Below, in pieces: positions 51,077-61,595 of a stretch of DNA of 64,000 nt. Where the stretch lies: the NCBI RefSeq assembly GCF_031082295.1, contig NZ_JAVHLD010000002.1, positions 40,976 to 104,975 on the forward strand. Reading direction: 5' to 3'. The notes beneath the pieces were generated by a model, which was given only the letters and a program-made list of their open reading frames with translations, had not been told where the DNA came from and did not search any database. Positions within the stretch are counted from its first letter, which is position 1. Every line of letters begins with the position of its first letter. The position numbers and the translations under genes were made by a program. Origin of the DNA: Humidesulfovibrio sp. GTDB taxonomy: Bacteria > Desulfobacterota > Desulfovibrionia > Desulfovibrionales > Desulfovibrionaceae.

Positions 51077-54000
51077 CAGGCACCGGCCTTGTCCGACGTG
51101 CTCGCGCCGCCGGTTGAAAGCGTCTCCAGTTCCGTGCGCAAGTACTCCAACCCGCCGCCAACGTCCAGACCCGCGGGGTAGCGCAGCTCGATCTTGGAGG
51201 GCGGCAGCAGGCGGGCCTGGCGAGTGGGCTGCCCAACCCACGACACCAGCGCCTCCGGGGACACTGCTCCGGTCTCCTGTCCCCAGTGCAGCACAGCCCG
51301 CGTGGTCGAAAGCTCTGCCCGGAGCACCTGCAGCCGCGCCAGCACGGACTTTGCCTCCAGCACGCCCAGGAAGTTCTTGGCCTCCTCGGGCATGGGGCCG
51401 AACCGGTCTCGCATCTCCGCCGCCAGTTCCATGAGCAGCTGCTGGCTGCGCGCGCTGGACAAAGCCTTGTAGTAGCGCAGCCGCTCCTTGGCGTCGGTGA
51501 CGTAGTCCGATGGCAGGTGCGCCTCGAACACGAACTGGAGCTCCGGGCTGGTCTCCTGGGTCATTGGTCCGCCGCGGAGGCGCCGCACCTCCTCCTCCAG
51601 CATCTCAAGGAACAGGTCAAGTCCCACTCGGGCGATCTGGCCTGACTGCACCTCGCCAAGAATGTTCCCGGCGCCACGCAGGCGCAGGTCCTCCATGGCC
51701 ACCTGGAAGCCTGCCCCAAGGTAGTCCAGCTCCAGAATGATGCGCAGGCGGCGCTTGCTGATCTCCGGGAGGCGGTCCAGGCTCGGCACCACAAAATAAG
51801 CATAGGCCTGACGGTCGCTGCGGCCGACGCGACCGCGAAGCTGATAGAGCTGTCCAAGGCCGAACATCTGCGCCTGGTCCACGATGAGCGTGTTGGCGTT
51901 GGGGAAATCCAGGCCCGACTCGACGATGGCCGTGCACACCAGCACGTCCAGCTCCTTGTGCCAGAAGCCGTGCATGGCCTCTTCCAGCGCGCGCTCGTTC
52001 ATCTGGCCGTGGGCCATGCCCACGCGGGCGCCGGGCGCGAGCTTGCGCACGTACTCGGCAACCTGCTCCAGCCCCTCCACCCGGTTGTAGACCCAGAACA
52101 CCTGGCCGCCGCGCTCCAGCTCCCGAGCCAGGACATTGCCAAGCAGCGTATCGTCGCGTTCAACCAGCGCGGTCTCAACCGGTTTGCGGTCCTCCGGCGG
52201 GGTCTCGATGACCGACAGGCCGCGCAAGCCTGAGAGCGAAAGCTGCAAGGTGCGCGGGATAGGCGTGGCTGTGAGTGTCAACACATCGATATTCTTGCGC
52301 AAAAGCTTGAGCTTTTCCTTGTGCTTGACGCCAAAGCGCTGCTCCTCGTCCAGAATCAGCAGGCCCAGGTTCGGCAGGTCCACGTCCTTTGAGATGAGGC
52401 GGTGCGTGCCGATCAGAATGTCCACCTCGCCACGTGCGGCGGCCTGCACCACAAGTTTTTGACGGTTTGCGGGCACGAAACGGCTGAGCATGGCCACACG
52501 CACGGGGAAGCCCTCCATGCGCCGGGTGAAGGTCTGGTAATGTTGCTCGGCCAAGACCGTGGTCGGGCACAGCAGGGCCACCTGGCGACCATCACTGACG
52601 GCGCGGAAGGCGGCGCGCAGGGCGACCTCGGTCTTGCCGAAGCCCACGTCGCCGCAGACCAGGCGGTCCATGGGCTCGCTGCCAGCCATGTCCACGAACA
52701 CGTCCTCGATGGCCTTGGCCTGGTCCGGGGTCTCCTCGAAGCCGAAGGTGGCCTCGAACTCGCGGTACATCTCATCCGGCGCGCCATAGGAATAGCCCTT
52801 GGCCACACGGCGGAAGGCGTACATCTCCACCAGATCCTGGGCGATCTTCTCGATGGCCTTACGCGCCCGCTCGGTACTCTTGGCCCACTGGCTGCCGCCC
52901 AGGCGGTCCAGCCTGGGGTCCAGGCCCTCCGGCCCTTTGAAGCGCTGAACAAGATTCATCCGGTCCACGGGCAGGTACAGCTTGTCCTCGCCGTCGAAGA
53001 ACAGCAGCAGATAATCGTTGGCCACGTCGCCGACCTTCAGGTGGTGCAGGCCGCCAAAGCGCGACACGCCGTATTCGCGGTGCACCAGCAGGTCGTCCAC
53101 GCCCAGGTCGTCATGCCGCGACAGCCCCTCGAAGGCCTTTTTGCGGTCGGCGCGGACCTGGGGCGCAGCCTCGGGCTGGAGGATGTTCTCCGGCAGGATG
53201 GACAGGTCACAGAAGGACAACTCCATGCCCGCCTTGAGCGGCGAAAGCAGCGCAGCGACGCCGCGCTTGCCCGGCGCGAACTCCGTGCCGATCTTGAGCC
53301 CTTCCTGCTCGGCCAGGCCAAGAAACTTGCGGCGCGAGCGCTCCGTGTGGAAGCTCAAAATCACCTGCGAGTTCGAGGCGCTCCACTCCTTCAGGGCCGT
53401 GGTCAGGGCGGTCCAGGGGCGACGCGCGCTGTCGGGCCGCCAAAAGAGGTCCTGAAAGCTCTGGTAGCTTTTCTCCGGCAGGTCCACGCCGTGCTTTTCC
53501 TGGCCCATGACGAGATCTTCAAAGACCACTTGGCGTTGCCCCTGCCAGGTCTTGCGGGCAGACTCCTCCGGCCAGCACAGGGCGTGCAGCGGCCAGCGCC
53601 AGCCGCTCTCAACTGCTTCGCGCTCCAGAAACGACCTCCAGCCGGCGTACTGGTCGGACAGGCGGTTCCGCAGCTCTGGCGCCGACCCCAGCAGGAATAC
53701 GGCGTCCTGCGGCAGAAAGGCGTCAAGGGCGGCGGCCTCCGGGTAGAACAGGCCCGGCCAGAGGAAGGTGTCAGAGCGCTCCAGGCGGTCGCCAAGCTCC
53801 TGCTCAAGCGCAAGTGACATCTCGCCGCTCACGCGCAAGCGGCGCACATGCTCCAAGGCCTGGCCCAGGGAGTGCGCATCAAGGACTCCAGGCGAAACCG
53901 GCAACAGCGTCATTTCCTTCAAATCCATACGCGAGCGCTGGGTGGCGGGGTCAAACAGGCGTATCTCGTCCAGGGTGTCGCCAAAAAATTCCAGGCGCAG

Positions 54001-54555
54001 CGGAAGATGGTAACCGGCGGCGAAGATGTCGACGATGTCGCCGCGCACGGCGATCTCGCCCACCGCCGTGACCACCGGGCGGCGCACATAGCCCCAGGTG
54101 ACGGCCTGCTCAAGGAGCATCTCGGGCGAAAGCTCTTCCCCCCTGGTCAGGGTGAGGTTGCTCTTCTCGACCACATCAAGTGCTGGCCAGCGGGGAAGCA
54201 GGTTGTCCACGGTCAGCAGCACAATGCGCGGCTTGCGGCCGAAACAGAGGCCATGCAGGGCTGACCAGCGTCCGGCCCAATCTTCGGCCGTCGGCTTTCG
54301 CGGCAGATGCTGCGGCAGGGTCAGGAAGGCTCGTTCCCAGGCCGGAAGGGTCTCGTCCTGTTGCCCGAAGAAGAGGGAGAGAAGACCCTCAAGTTCGCGA
54401 AACTCGCGCGCCCCGGCGGCCACGAGGACGACCTCCTGCCCGGCAGCGCGCAGGGCGTGAGCCAGCAAGGCCTGGGTACCGGGGCCGCTCTTGAAGACAC
54501 GCAAGGCGCCGCCACGGCCCTTGAAGAATTCACTCAACTCCTGCGGAAACTGCAC
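51076..54555 (-). CDS. mfd: Transcription-repair coupling factor
   Basis: RGDIVDIF, RLEFFGD UvrB-like region; CarD-like RID; GDVGFGKT, DEEQRFGV, TATPIPRTL, QLRGRVGR; TRCF domain. Start uncertain (GTG 54555 or 54582). Confidence 0.96.
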   Translation of the reverse strand: MQFPQELSEFFKGRGGALRVFKSGPGTQALLAHALRAAGQEVVLVAAGAREFRELEGLLSLFFGQQDETLPAWERAFLTLPQHLPRKPTAEDWAGRWSALHGLCFGRKPRIVLLTVDNLLPRWPALDVVEKSNLTLTRGEELSPEMLLEQAVTWGYVRRPVVTAVGEIAVRGDIVDIFAAGYHLPLRLEFFGDTLDEIRLFDPATQRSRMDLKEMTLLPVSPGVLDAHSLGQALEHVRRLRVSGEMSLALEQELGDRLERSDTFLWPGLFYPEAAALDAFLPQDAVFLLGSAPELRNRLSDQYAGWRSFLEREAVESGWRWPLHALCWPEESARKTWQGQRQVVFEDLVMGQEKHGVDLPEKSYQSFQDLFWRPDSARRPWTALTTALKEWSASNSQVILSFHTERSRRKFLGLAEQEGLKIGTEFAPGKRGVAALLSPLKAGMELSFCDLSILPENILQPEAAPQVRADRKKAFEGLSRHDDLGVDDLLVHREYGVSRFGGLHHLKVGDVANDYLLLFFDGEDKLYLPVDRMNLVQRFKGPEGLDPRLDRLGGSQWAKSTERARKAIEKIAQDLVEMYAFRRVAKGYSYGAPDEMYREFEATFGFEETPDQAKAIEDVFVDMAGSEPMDRLVCGDVGFGKTEVALRAAFRAVSDGRQVALLCPTTVLAEQHYQTFTRRMEGFPVRVAMLSRFVPANRQKLVVQAAARGEVDILIGTHRLISKDVDLPNLGLLILDEEQRFGVKHKEKLKLLRKNIDVLTLTATPIPRTLQLSLSGLRGLSVIETPPEDRKPVETALVERDDTLLGNVLARELERGGQVFWVYNRVEGLEQVAEYVRKLAPGARVGMAHGQMNERALEEAMHGFWHKELDVLVCTAIVESGLDFPNANTLIVDQAQMFGLGQLYQLRGRVGRSDRQAYAYFVVPSLDRLPEISKRRLRIILELDYLGAGFQVAMEDLRLRGAGNILGEVQSGQIARVGLDLFLEMLEEEVRRLRGGPMTQETSPELQFVFEAHLPSDYVTDAKERLRYYKALSSARSQQLLMELAAEMRDRFGPMPEEAKNFLGVLEAKSVLARLQVLRAELSTTRAVLHWGQETGAVSPEALVSWVGQPTRQARLLPPSKIELRYPAGLDVGGGLEYLRTELETLSTGGASTSDKAGA

Positions 54556-54616
54556 GGCAAAAACTCCAGCGCGCGGCGCCACAAATCATGGCGTCGCGTC
54601 ATGCGGTTGAGAATTG

Positions 54617-54653
54617 AAAAGCCGCCTCTTCGCCGGGTGAGCGAAAAGGCGGC
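54617..54653 (-). terminator. Intrinsic terminator after cheW
   Basis: Minus strand GCCGCC..TTCGC-loop-GCGAA..GGCGGC followed by TTTT. Confidence 0.65.
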
Positions 54654-54679
54654 CAATAAGCCTACATGAGGCAGACCGT

Positions 54680-55159
54680 CTAGACTGCAGAGCCCAGAGC
54701 CGCGTGCTCTTCGTTGCTAAGGAGCTTGTTCAGATCCAGCAGGATGAGCAGACGGTCTTCAAGCTTCCCGACGCCGCTGATGTACTCGGAATCGAGGCCG
54801 GACACAACTGGCGGAGGCGGCTCCACCGTATTGGCGGGAATTCGCAACACCTCGGACACGGAGTCGACAACGAAGCCGACGACCATGCTGCTGATCTCAA
54901 TGACGATAATGCGTGTGTGCTTGTCGTGCGCGCGGTCAGCCAGCTTGAACCTGCGGCGCAGGTCGATGATGGGTATGACCTTGCCGCGAAGGTTGATCAC
55001 GCCCTCGACGAACTCAGGGGCGCGGGGCACGCGGGTGATCTCCATGGTGCGGATGATCTCCTGCACCTTGAGGATATCAACACCGAATTCCTCATCCCCA
55101 ATACTGAAGGTTACGAGCTGAATAAGAGCGTCATCCTGGCGTCTTACGTTTTCTTCCAT
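54680..55159 (-). CDS. cheW: Chemotaxis coupling protein CheW
   Basis: LVTFSIGDEEFGVDI..VQEI, VP.AP.FVEGVINLRGKVIP, VGFVVDSV.EV. Confidence 0.97.
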   Translation of the reverse strand: MEENVRRQDDALIQLVTFSIGDEEFGVDILKVQEIIRTMEITRVPRAPEFVEGVINLRGKVIPIIDLRRRFKLADRAHDKHTRIIVIEISSMVVGFVVDSVSEVLRIPANTVEPPPPVVSGLDSEYISGVGKLEDRLLILLDLNKLLSNEEHAALGSAV

Positions 55160-55348
55160 TTCCGGCTCCTTGTTGTCCGCCGAGCTATCAGAGGGGCGAT
55201 AACCAAAGCTCCAAACTTTTCATCGTCCTAATGATTACTTTGCAACATCCTTAAAAATTGTCAATGGCAATTCATCAACTTCATGTAAGTTGTTCGCCAC
55301 TTCCCAGGTTTGACGGGCGGGAGGGAAACGGCTATTCATGCCTCGTTC

Positions 55349-55376
55349 ACATCGAACAGATGCACGAAATACTTTA
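55349..55376 (-). promoter_or_regulatory. Candidate sigma28 (FliA)-type promoter of cheW
   Basis: Minus strand TAAAGTAT-N12-TTCGATGT; same spacing as upstream of the flgO-like gene. Confidence 0.38.
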
Positions 55377-55395
55377 CCCCAAGGAACCTTATTGC

Positions 55396-55614
55396 ATGGG
55401 TCAATTTGCCAACGCCGACGACATTCTCACCCTTGAAGAGCAGATCAAGTCCCTTGGTGACGATGAACTGCTCGACTTCTGGGAAGAGACACAGCACCTG
55501 CTGAAGCTCCTGAACTCTGGCGAGCCGGTGTCTGAGGAGCAGGTCCATCCCGAGTACGAGCGCCTTATCCTGCAGGAGCTGCAAGTGCGCTCCGGGCGAG
55601 GCGTGCTGCGCTAG
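55396..55614 (+). CDS. Small acidic hypothetical protein (72 aa)
   Basis: AAGGA RBS; coding-like codon usage (LEEQIKSLGDDELLDFWEE...YERLILQEL); fills the gap between cheW and the ABC permease. Confidence 0.65.
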   Translation: MGQFANADDILTLEEQIKSLGDDELLDFWEETQHLLKLLNSGEPVSEEQVHPEYERLILQELQVRSGRGVLR

Positions 55615-55636
55615 CCAGATCAGGCCAGACTCCCCC

Positions 55637-56803
55637 TCACACCGCCCGCAGGGCGTCCACGATCTTGATGCGTGCCGCGCGCAGGGCGGGAATGAGTCCG
55701 CCCAGAAGTCCCATGCCCGTGCCAAAGGCCAGGGATAGAATCACAATGCCCGGCGTGAGCGAAAAGCCGAAGGCCAGCTCCGAGAAGGTCTGAAAGTTCA
55801 TGGTGGATATGGTGAACAATTGCAGGCCAGAGGCCGCCAAGAGCCCCACCGCCCCACCTAGAAGCCCAAGAAACAGCGCCTCGAGCACGAAAGCTGTGAG
55901 GATGGACCGCCGCGGGAATCCCAAGGCCCGGAGCGTGCCGATCTCCCCCACGCGCCCGGCCACGGCCGCGTGCATGGTGATCATGGCCCCGATCATGGCG
56001 CCGATGGAAAAGATGGCCGTCAGCGACACGCCAAGAATCTTCAAGAACTTCGCCATCATCTCTGACTGCTCGGCATAGAACACCGCCTCCGCCTTGACGT
56101 CGAGCTTCAGCCGCGGATCAGCCTCCACCCCGTTGCGGAATGCCCCGAGCGAGTCCTCGCTGACCAGACGCACCAGCAACAGCGTGTACGCGTTGCGCCG
56201 GAAGGCGTTCATGAACTGGTCCACGTCGCCCCATATCTCGGAGTTGAAGCCGGTCGCGCCAGCGTCGAAGATGCCCACGACCGTCCACTCGCGCATACCG
56301 AACCGGAGCTTTTCGCCCAGGCCTGCGCCTTTGAACCGCCGAGCCACCCCTTCACCCGCAACGATCTCTGACGATCCGAAACGTGGCATGCGGCCGGACA
56401 CCAGCCGCACCTGGGGCCGGAGCGCCAGGGACTTCTGCCCGATGCCGCGCAACATCACGTTGGAAGCCTCGCCAGTGCCTCTCTTGGCCAGGTTGATGAG
56501 CACCACGACCTCGCTCGCTGCAAGCGCGGAGCCGTCTGCGTCGCGTGCGATCTCCGAGCGAGTCTCGACCAGCGAGGCAACGCCACGCTCCACGACGCTC
56601 TCGATCTCCGACTTCGACCCCTTGCGCAACACCAGCGCGTTGCCTGGCGTTCCGGTCTGCACCAGCGTCGAGCGCAGCCCCTCAGCGAGCATCAGCGCCG
56701 CCGCGAACACGAAAACCACCAGGGCCATGCCGCCGGCGGTCAAGACCGTGGTCATGCGACGGGCCAACAGGTTGCGCAAGCTGTAGGACACAAGCAGAGC
56801 CAT
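55637..56803 (-). CDS. MacB/FtsX-type ABC transporter permease
   Basis: TM1, large periplasmic domain, then three TMs; R..EIGTLRALGF, EALFLG..GG..G. Confidence 0.9.
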   Translation of the reverse strand: MALLVSYSLRNLLARRMTTVLTAGGMALVVFVFAAALMLAEGLRSTLVQTGTPGNALVLRKGSKSEIESVVERGVASLVETRSEIARDADGSALAASEVVVLINLAKRGTGEASNVMLRGIGQKSLALRPQVRLVSGRMPRFGSSEIVAGEGVARRFKGAGLGEKLRFGMREWTVVGIFDAGATGFNSEIWGDVDQFMNAFRRNAYTLLLVRLVSEDSLGAFRNGVEADPRLKLDVKAEAVFYAEQSEMMAKFLKILGVSLTAIFSIGAMIGAMITMHAAVAGRVGEIGTLRALGFPRRSILTAFVLEALFLGLLGGAVGLLAASGLQLFTISTMNFQTFSELAFGFSLTPGIVILSLAFGTGMGLLGGLIPALRAARIKIVDALRAV

Positions 56804-57960
56804 CAGGCGATCCTCCGCAGGGCCTCGGCGATGCCGACGCTTTGCGCCCGCAAGGCCGGGACGATGCCCGCCACAAGCCCCACGACGAGCGCCGCCCCGC
56901 CCTGCAGGGTTACGGTCAGGCCCGACACCTGGAACACCGGAAAAAACTGGCTCACGGCCTGGCCAAAGGCGTGCGCGGCGGGGAATGTCATGGCGCAGCC
57001 AAGCGCGCTGCCAAGCGTGGCGATGGTGAGGGACTCGCCCAGGATAAGCAGCGCAAGATAGCCGCCGCCAAAGCCCAGGACCTTCAAAGCCGCGAATTCG
57101 CCCATGCGCTCGCGCGCGCTCATGGCCATGGTGTTTGCGGCCACGGCCATGATGATGACGATGACGAGCAGGGACACGATGCGTATCGCCGCGACGATGG
57201 CGCCGCTCATGGCCACGAAGCTCATCTGGAAGGCCTTCTCGGTCTCGGTGAGCGTCTCGGCCAGGGAATTCTTGAAGCGGTTGTCGATGGCGAGGGCGGT
57301 CGACGCCGCCAGATCGGCGCTGCTGACGCCGATCATGTAAAAGCCGGCCTGGTCTGCCCGGTTCGGCGAGGTCTTCTTGAGCGTCTCGTTCAGGTAATCC
57401 CAGTGGAACAAAAGCTGCGTTTCGTCGGTGCCCTTGTCTCGCCCGGTGTAGATGCCGCGAACTGTCATCCCCCAGTTCCCGGGGAAGATGGTGCCCTTGA
57501 GGGTCACGGGATCACCGAGCTTCCAGCCAAAACGCTTGGCCAGCTTGTCCCCGATGATGCACCCCTTGCGGTCGCGCAGGAAGGCAGCCTTCTGGTCCTC
57601 GCTGAGCTGAATCTCCGGATAGAGTTCCAGGTAGGTGCGGGCGTCCACGGCAAAATTGGGGAAGAAGTTCTTTTCGTCGATGTATTCCCCGCCGAACCAG
57701 TTCCCGCGCGAGACGATGGTCACGCCGTCCACGGCGCGGATGCGTTCCTCGTAGGATACAGGCAACGAGAATATGAGCGAGATGGAGTTTCGCGTGACAA
57801 GCCGCGTGGCCGAGCTGGCCTCGACCCCGGCGTACCAGGCGTCAACGGTGGTCCGGAGCAGGCCGAAGGAAAGCACCGACACCGCGATGCCCACGATGGT
57901 CAGGCAATTTCGCAGCTTGTGGCGCGAGAGATTCTTAAGAATGAAGCGGAGCGTCAGCAT
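56803..57960 (-). CDS. MacB/FtsX-type ABC transporter permease (second)
   Basis: KNL.RHKLR..LT; ER..EFA.LK.LGF, GES; TGATG overlap with the next permease. Confidence 0.9.
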   Translation of the reverse strand: MLTLRFILKNLSRHKLRNCLTIVGIAVSVLSFGLLRTTVDAWYAGVEASSATRLVTRNSISLIFSLPVSYEERIRAVDGVTIVSRGNWFGGEYIDEKNFFPNFAVDARTYLELYPEIQLSEDQKAAFLRDRKGCIIGDKLAKRFGWKLGDPVTLKGTIFPGNWGMTVRGIYTGRDKGTDETQLLFHWDYLNETLKKTSPNRADQAGFYMIGVSSADLAASTALAIDNRFKNSLAETLTETEKAFQMSFVAMSGAIVAAIRIVSLLVIVIIMAVAANTMAMSARERMGEFAALKVLGFGGGYLALLILGESLTIATLGSALGCAMTFPAAHAFGQAVSQFFPVFQVSGLTVTLQGGAALVVGLVAGIVPALRAQSVGIAEALRRIA

Positions 57961-58690
57961 TGCCGTTGCCGCCTTCAGCGCCGTTGCCAGCGTCAATGAG
58001 CAGGCCCTTCTCCAGACTGCGCACAAGGTGGGCGCGCTGCGCCGCCCTTGGATCGTGGGTGACCATGACAATCGTCTTGTTGAGGCTTTCGCTCAAGCCC
58101 GCCATGAGGTCCAGAATCTCTCCGGCGGAGACGCGGTCCAGGTCGCCGGTGGGCTCGTCGGCCACCAGGATGTCCGGGTCGGTGACAATGGCCCGGGCTA
58201 TGGCGGTGCGCTGCTGCTGGCCGCCGGAGAGCTCCGAGGGCTTGTGGTCCATGCGGTCGGCAAGGCCCACCAAGGCAAGCGCGGCCTCGGCGTGCTTCCG
58301 GCGCTCACGGGCCGAGAGCGGCGTGAGCAGCAGCGGAAGCTCGACATTCTCCAGGGCCGTCAGAACCGGAATCAGGTTGTAGAACTGAAAGATGAAGCCG
58401 ACGCTGCGGCTGCGCCAGCGGGCCAGCTCGCTCTCGCTCAAGGTGGTTATGTCCGCTCCGCTGACGAAGATGGAGCCCGAGTCCACCCGGTCGATGCCCG
58501 CTATAAGGTTCAAAAGCGTGCTTTTGCCCGAGCCCGAGGGCCCCATCAGCGCGACGAACTCGCCCTTTGCGATGTGGAAACTGACGTTCTGCAGCACAGG
58601 CACGGTCTGCTGCCCGCGCGTGTAGGACTTGCACACCGAACGAATGTCGATGGCCGGGCCGGAGCCGCCAGGAGCGTCTTGCCCGGTCAT
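57935..58690 (-). CDS. ABC transporter ATP-binding protein (LolD/MacB family)
   Basis: [32 protein letters not shown]. Confidence 0.95.
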   Translation of the reverse strand: MTGQDAPGGSGPAIDIRSVCKSYTRGQQTVPVLQNVSFHIAKGEFVALMGPSGSGKSTLLNLIAGIDRVDSGSIFVSGADITTLSESELARWRSRSVGFIFQFYNLIPVLTALENVELPLLLTPLSARERRKHAEAALALVGLADRMDHKPSELSGGQQQRTAIARAIVTDPDILVADEPTGDLDRVSAGEILDLMAGLSESLNKTIVMVTHDPRAAQRAHLVRSLEKGLLIDAGNGAEGGNGNADAPLHS

Positions 58691-59901
58691 TTCTTGGCCG
58701 CGACCCCGGCCCCGGACTTGAGAGCCGCAGGAGGGTTCAAGACCACGCGGTCCCCGGCCTTGGGGCCGGAGGAGAGCTCCAGAAAATCACCGATGGCTCC
58801 GCCGGTCTCAACGGAGACAGCCTTGGCAACGCCGCCCTCTACCTGAAAGACGACCTTGCGGCCATCGCGCTCCACCACGGCGGCGGCTGGCACGGCCAGA
58901 CGCGGGCCGCGCTCGGCCTCGGCCAGCTCGCGGGACAGGAATGCGACCTTGGCGCTCATCTCGGGCAGGATGCGCGGGTCGAGCGCCTGGAACTTGACCT
59001 TGACCAACACCGAGGCCTTGGTGCGGTCCGCCGTGGGCACGATCATGTGCACGCTGGCGGGAAAGCGTTCGCCTGGCAGGGCGTCGAGCTGAATCTCGCA
59101 GGGCGCGCCAGGCTTTACCTTGGCGACGTTTGATTCGGAAACGTCTGTCTCGACAAGAAGCGAGAGCATGTCGGCGATGGTGACAACGCTGGCCTTGGCG
59201 TTGGCCGCGGCGCCAAGCGGAGTGACGATGTCGCCCACGTCGGCGTTCTTGGTCAGCACCACGCCGTCGAAGGGCGCCTCAAGCTGGGTGTAGCCAAGGC
59301 TCGCGCTCGAGCCGCGCAAGGCCGCCTGCGACGAGCCTGCGTTCCAGCGCGCGGCCTCCATGCCTGCCTGCGCCTTCTGAAAACGGGCAAGCGCGGTGTC
59401 GAAATCGGCCTGGGCGATGATCTTCTGGTCCAGAAGCGTCTTCATGCGGTCCAGGTTCCGGGTAGCGTCGGTCAATTCGGACTGGGCACGCTCGATCTCG
59501 GCCTTGCTGGCCTTGAAGGTGGCGCTGGCCTGATCTCGGGCCGCAAGCACGTCATCATGTTCGAGCTTGGCGATGACCTCGCCCTGCCGTACACGGCTGC
59601 CTTCCTCAACCCCAAGCCAGATGAGCCGCGCGGTGGTTTTGGAGGCCACCGAAGCCTTACGCTGAGCGGTGACATAACCGCTTGAGTTGAGCAGCGTTAT
59701 GCCCTGGGATGGATAGACCTGGCTCACCGCGGTGGTCTCGACTTCCAAGGAGGAAGGAAAGAAATTCCGCACAGCCATAACGCACACGACCACGGCCCCA
59801 AGGACCAAGACAATGCGCAAGGCCCGGCCCGTGGTGCGTTTCGCGCCACCACGCCAGGAGGACTTGTCAATCTTCAGTTTCGAAAGTTCGTTTTCCGTCA
59901 T
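58687..59901 (-). CDS. MacA-like membrane fusion (periplasmic adaptor) protein
   Basis: N-terminal TM, lipoyl halves (VEEG.RV..GEVIA.L; L.APFDGVV), alpha hairpin, beta barrel. Confidence 0.92.
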   Translation of the reverse strand: MTENELSKLKIDKSSWRGGAKRTTGRALRIVLVLGAVVVCVMAVRNFFPSSLEVETTAVSQVYPSQGITLLNSSGYVTAQRKASVASKTTARLIWLGVEEGSRVRQGEVIAKLEHDDVLAARDQASATFKASKAEIERAQSELTDATRNLDRMKTLLDQKIIAQADFDTALARFQKAQAGMEAARWNAGSSQAALRGSSASLGYTQLEAPFDGVVLTKNADVGDIVTPLGAAANAKASVVTIADMLSLLVETDVSESNVAKVKPGAPCEIQLDALPGERFPASVHMIVPTADRTKASVLVKVKFQALDPRILPEMSAKVAFLSRELAEAERGPRLAVPAAAVVERDGRKVVFQVEGGVAKAVSVETGGAIGDFLELSSGPKAGDRVVLNPPAALKSGAGVAAKK

Positions 59902-59925
59902 TATTCACCGATCCTGAGAAGCCTT

Positions 59926-59941
59926 AGCAAATGCCGTGCCT
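59926..59941 (-). promoter_or_regulatory. Sigma54 (-24/-12) promoter of the MacA/B-like operon
   Basis: Minus strand AGGCACGGCATTTGCT versus consensus TGGCACG-N4-TTGCW (one mismatch); 25 nt upstream of the ATG. Confidence 0.7.
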
Positions 59942-60080
59942 TAGAGGGGGCAGAGATATGCGAACGAGTCGTGCTAGGCAAGGACTGAAACTCTCATTTT
60001 TGCAGCACCCAATATGGTCAAGGCGGGCGCTCACTCCATTTTCTTCTTGACTCGGCAGGGCTTTCTGGTTTTTTACTTTG

Positions 60081-60096
60081 TGGATTATGAATTGCT
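60081..60096 (+). promoter_or_regulatory. Candidate sigma54 promoter of the CBS-ACT/Liv-like operon
   Basis: TGGATTATGAATTGCT: GG-N10-GC spacing and TTGCT, weak -24 box; 31 nt upstream of the ATG. Confidence 0.4.
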
Positions 60097-60127
60097 GCCA
60101 AGCCAATGGCAACGCCAAGGAGGGGCC

Positions 60128-60781
60128 ATGTACGTCGGCCTGAAAATGCTTCGCAACTTCGTCACCGTGACGCCCAAAACATCCGTCATGGAGGCTCAAA
60201 AACTCCTTGAGCAGAGCAAACTCGGCATGCTGTTGGTGGTAGATGGAGGCAAGCTTCTGGGCTATGTACGCCCGGAGGACCTCTCGGCCTCGCTTCCGAG
60301 CATCATGACATCCCTTGAAAAGCATGAGGTCAAATACCTCATGACCCGGCTCACCGTCGACAAGATCATTCGCAAGGACATCAAGACCATCGGCCCGGAC
60401 ACGGAAATAGAGGCCGCCGCCGACATGATGTTCGCGGGCAACCTTGCCGGGCTCGCTGTCGTGGACAAGGCCGGGGAGCTCATCGGCTACATCAACAGAA
60501 GCGTCATGCTCGATGTCCTGATCGAGGAGATGGGCCACCGCCAGGGCGGAGTGCGCATCACTTTCGAAGCCCAGGACCGCACCGGCGTGCTGCACGAGGC
60601 TTCCGGCATCATCGCGGGCATGGGCATCTCCATCATCTCCACCGCCACCTTCTATCATGACGGCAAGCGCATCGTGGTCATCCGCGTGGCCACTGACAAC
60701 GCCGCCCCCATCGCCAAGGCCCTGGAGGATCGCGGTTACAAGGTCATGGGCCCTGCCGACTTCAGCCACGAGTGGCAGTGA
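60128..60781 (+). CDS. CBS-pair plus ACT domain protein (AcuB-like)
   Basis: Two CBS repeats; ACT (DRTGVLHEASGIIAGMGISI); AAGGAGG RBS. Confidence 0.88.
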   Translation: MYVGLKMLRNFVTVTPKTSVMEAQKLLEQSKLGMLLVVDGGKLLGYVRPEDLSASLPSIMTSLEKHEVKYLMTRLTVDKIIRKDIKTIGPDTEIEAAADMMFAGNLAGLAVVDKAGELIGYINRSVMLDVLIEEMGHRQGGVRITFEAQDRTGVLHEASGIIAGMGISIISTATFYHDGKRIVVIRVATDNAAPIAKALEDRGYKVMGPADFSHEWQ

Positions 60782-61575
60782 TGGCCTTAACCACACCGCT
60801 CCTTGAAGTTAAAGGCGTCACCCTGACGTTCAAGGGCATCGCGGCCCTTACCGATGTCGCCTTTTCAGTCGAAAAAGGCCGCATCGTCTCGCTCATCGGG
60901 CCAAACGGCGCGGGCAAGACAAGCATCTTGAACTGCATCAGCGGCCGCTACACGCCAGACTGCGGCGAAATCTACCTGGATGGCAAGAACCTGCTGGCCG
61001 TGCCCGCGCACAAGCGCACAGGCATGGGGCTCTCGCGCACCTTCCAGAACATCGCCCTGTTCAAGGGGCTGTCCGTGCTGGACAACCTCATGGTGGGCCG
61101 CCACCACCTCATCCGCTACGGCATCCTCTCAAGCATCGCCTACTTTGGTCGCGCCATGAACGACGAGGCCGAGCACCGCCGCCGGGTGGAAGACGTCATC
61201 GACTTCCTGGGGCTCTCGCCCTACCGGCATCAGGCCGCAGGCCACCTGCCCTACGGCGTGCAGAAGCGCGTCGAGCTGGGCCGGGCACTCGCCGCCGAGC
61301 CCAAGCTCATTCTGCTGGACGAACCCATGGCCGGCATGAACCTTGAGGAAACCGAGGACATGGCCCGCTACATTCTCGACATCTGCGAGGAATGGGGCGC
61401 CACGGTGCTGCTTATCGAACACGACATGGGCGTGGTCATGGACATCTCGGACAAGATCGTGGTGCTCGACTTCGGTTCCGTGCTGGCGCAAGGCCGCCCA
61501 GACGAGATCAGCGCCAACCAGGATGTCGTGGCCGCCTATCTCGGCACAGAAGACGCCACCTTCTTCGGACGCTAG
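60781..61575 (+). CDS. LivG-like ABC ATP-binding protein
   Basis: GPNGAGKT, RTFQN..LF, LPYGVQKRVEL, LLDEP.AG, IEHDM..VM. Confidence 0.93.
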   Translation: MALTTPLLEVKGVTLTFKGIAALTDVAFSVEKGRIVSLIGPNGAGKTSILNCISGRYTPDCGEIYLDGKNLLAVPAHKRTGMGLSRTFQNIALFKGLSVLDNLMVGRHHLIRYGILSSIAYFGRAMNDEAEHRRRVEDVIDFLGLSPYRHQAAGHLPYGVQKRVELGRALAAEPKLILLDEPMAGMNLEETEDMARYILDICEEWGATVLLIEHDMGVVMDISDKIVVLDFGSVLAQGRPDEISANQDVVAAYLGTEDATFFGR

Positions 61576-61595
61576 GCGCACAGGAACCACGTCAC

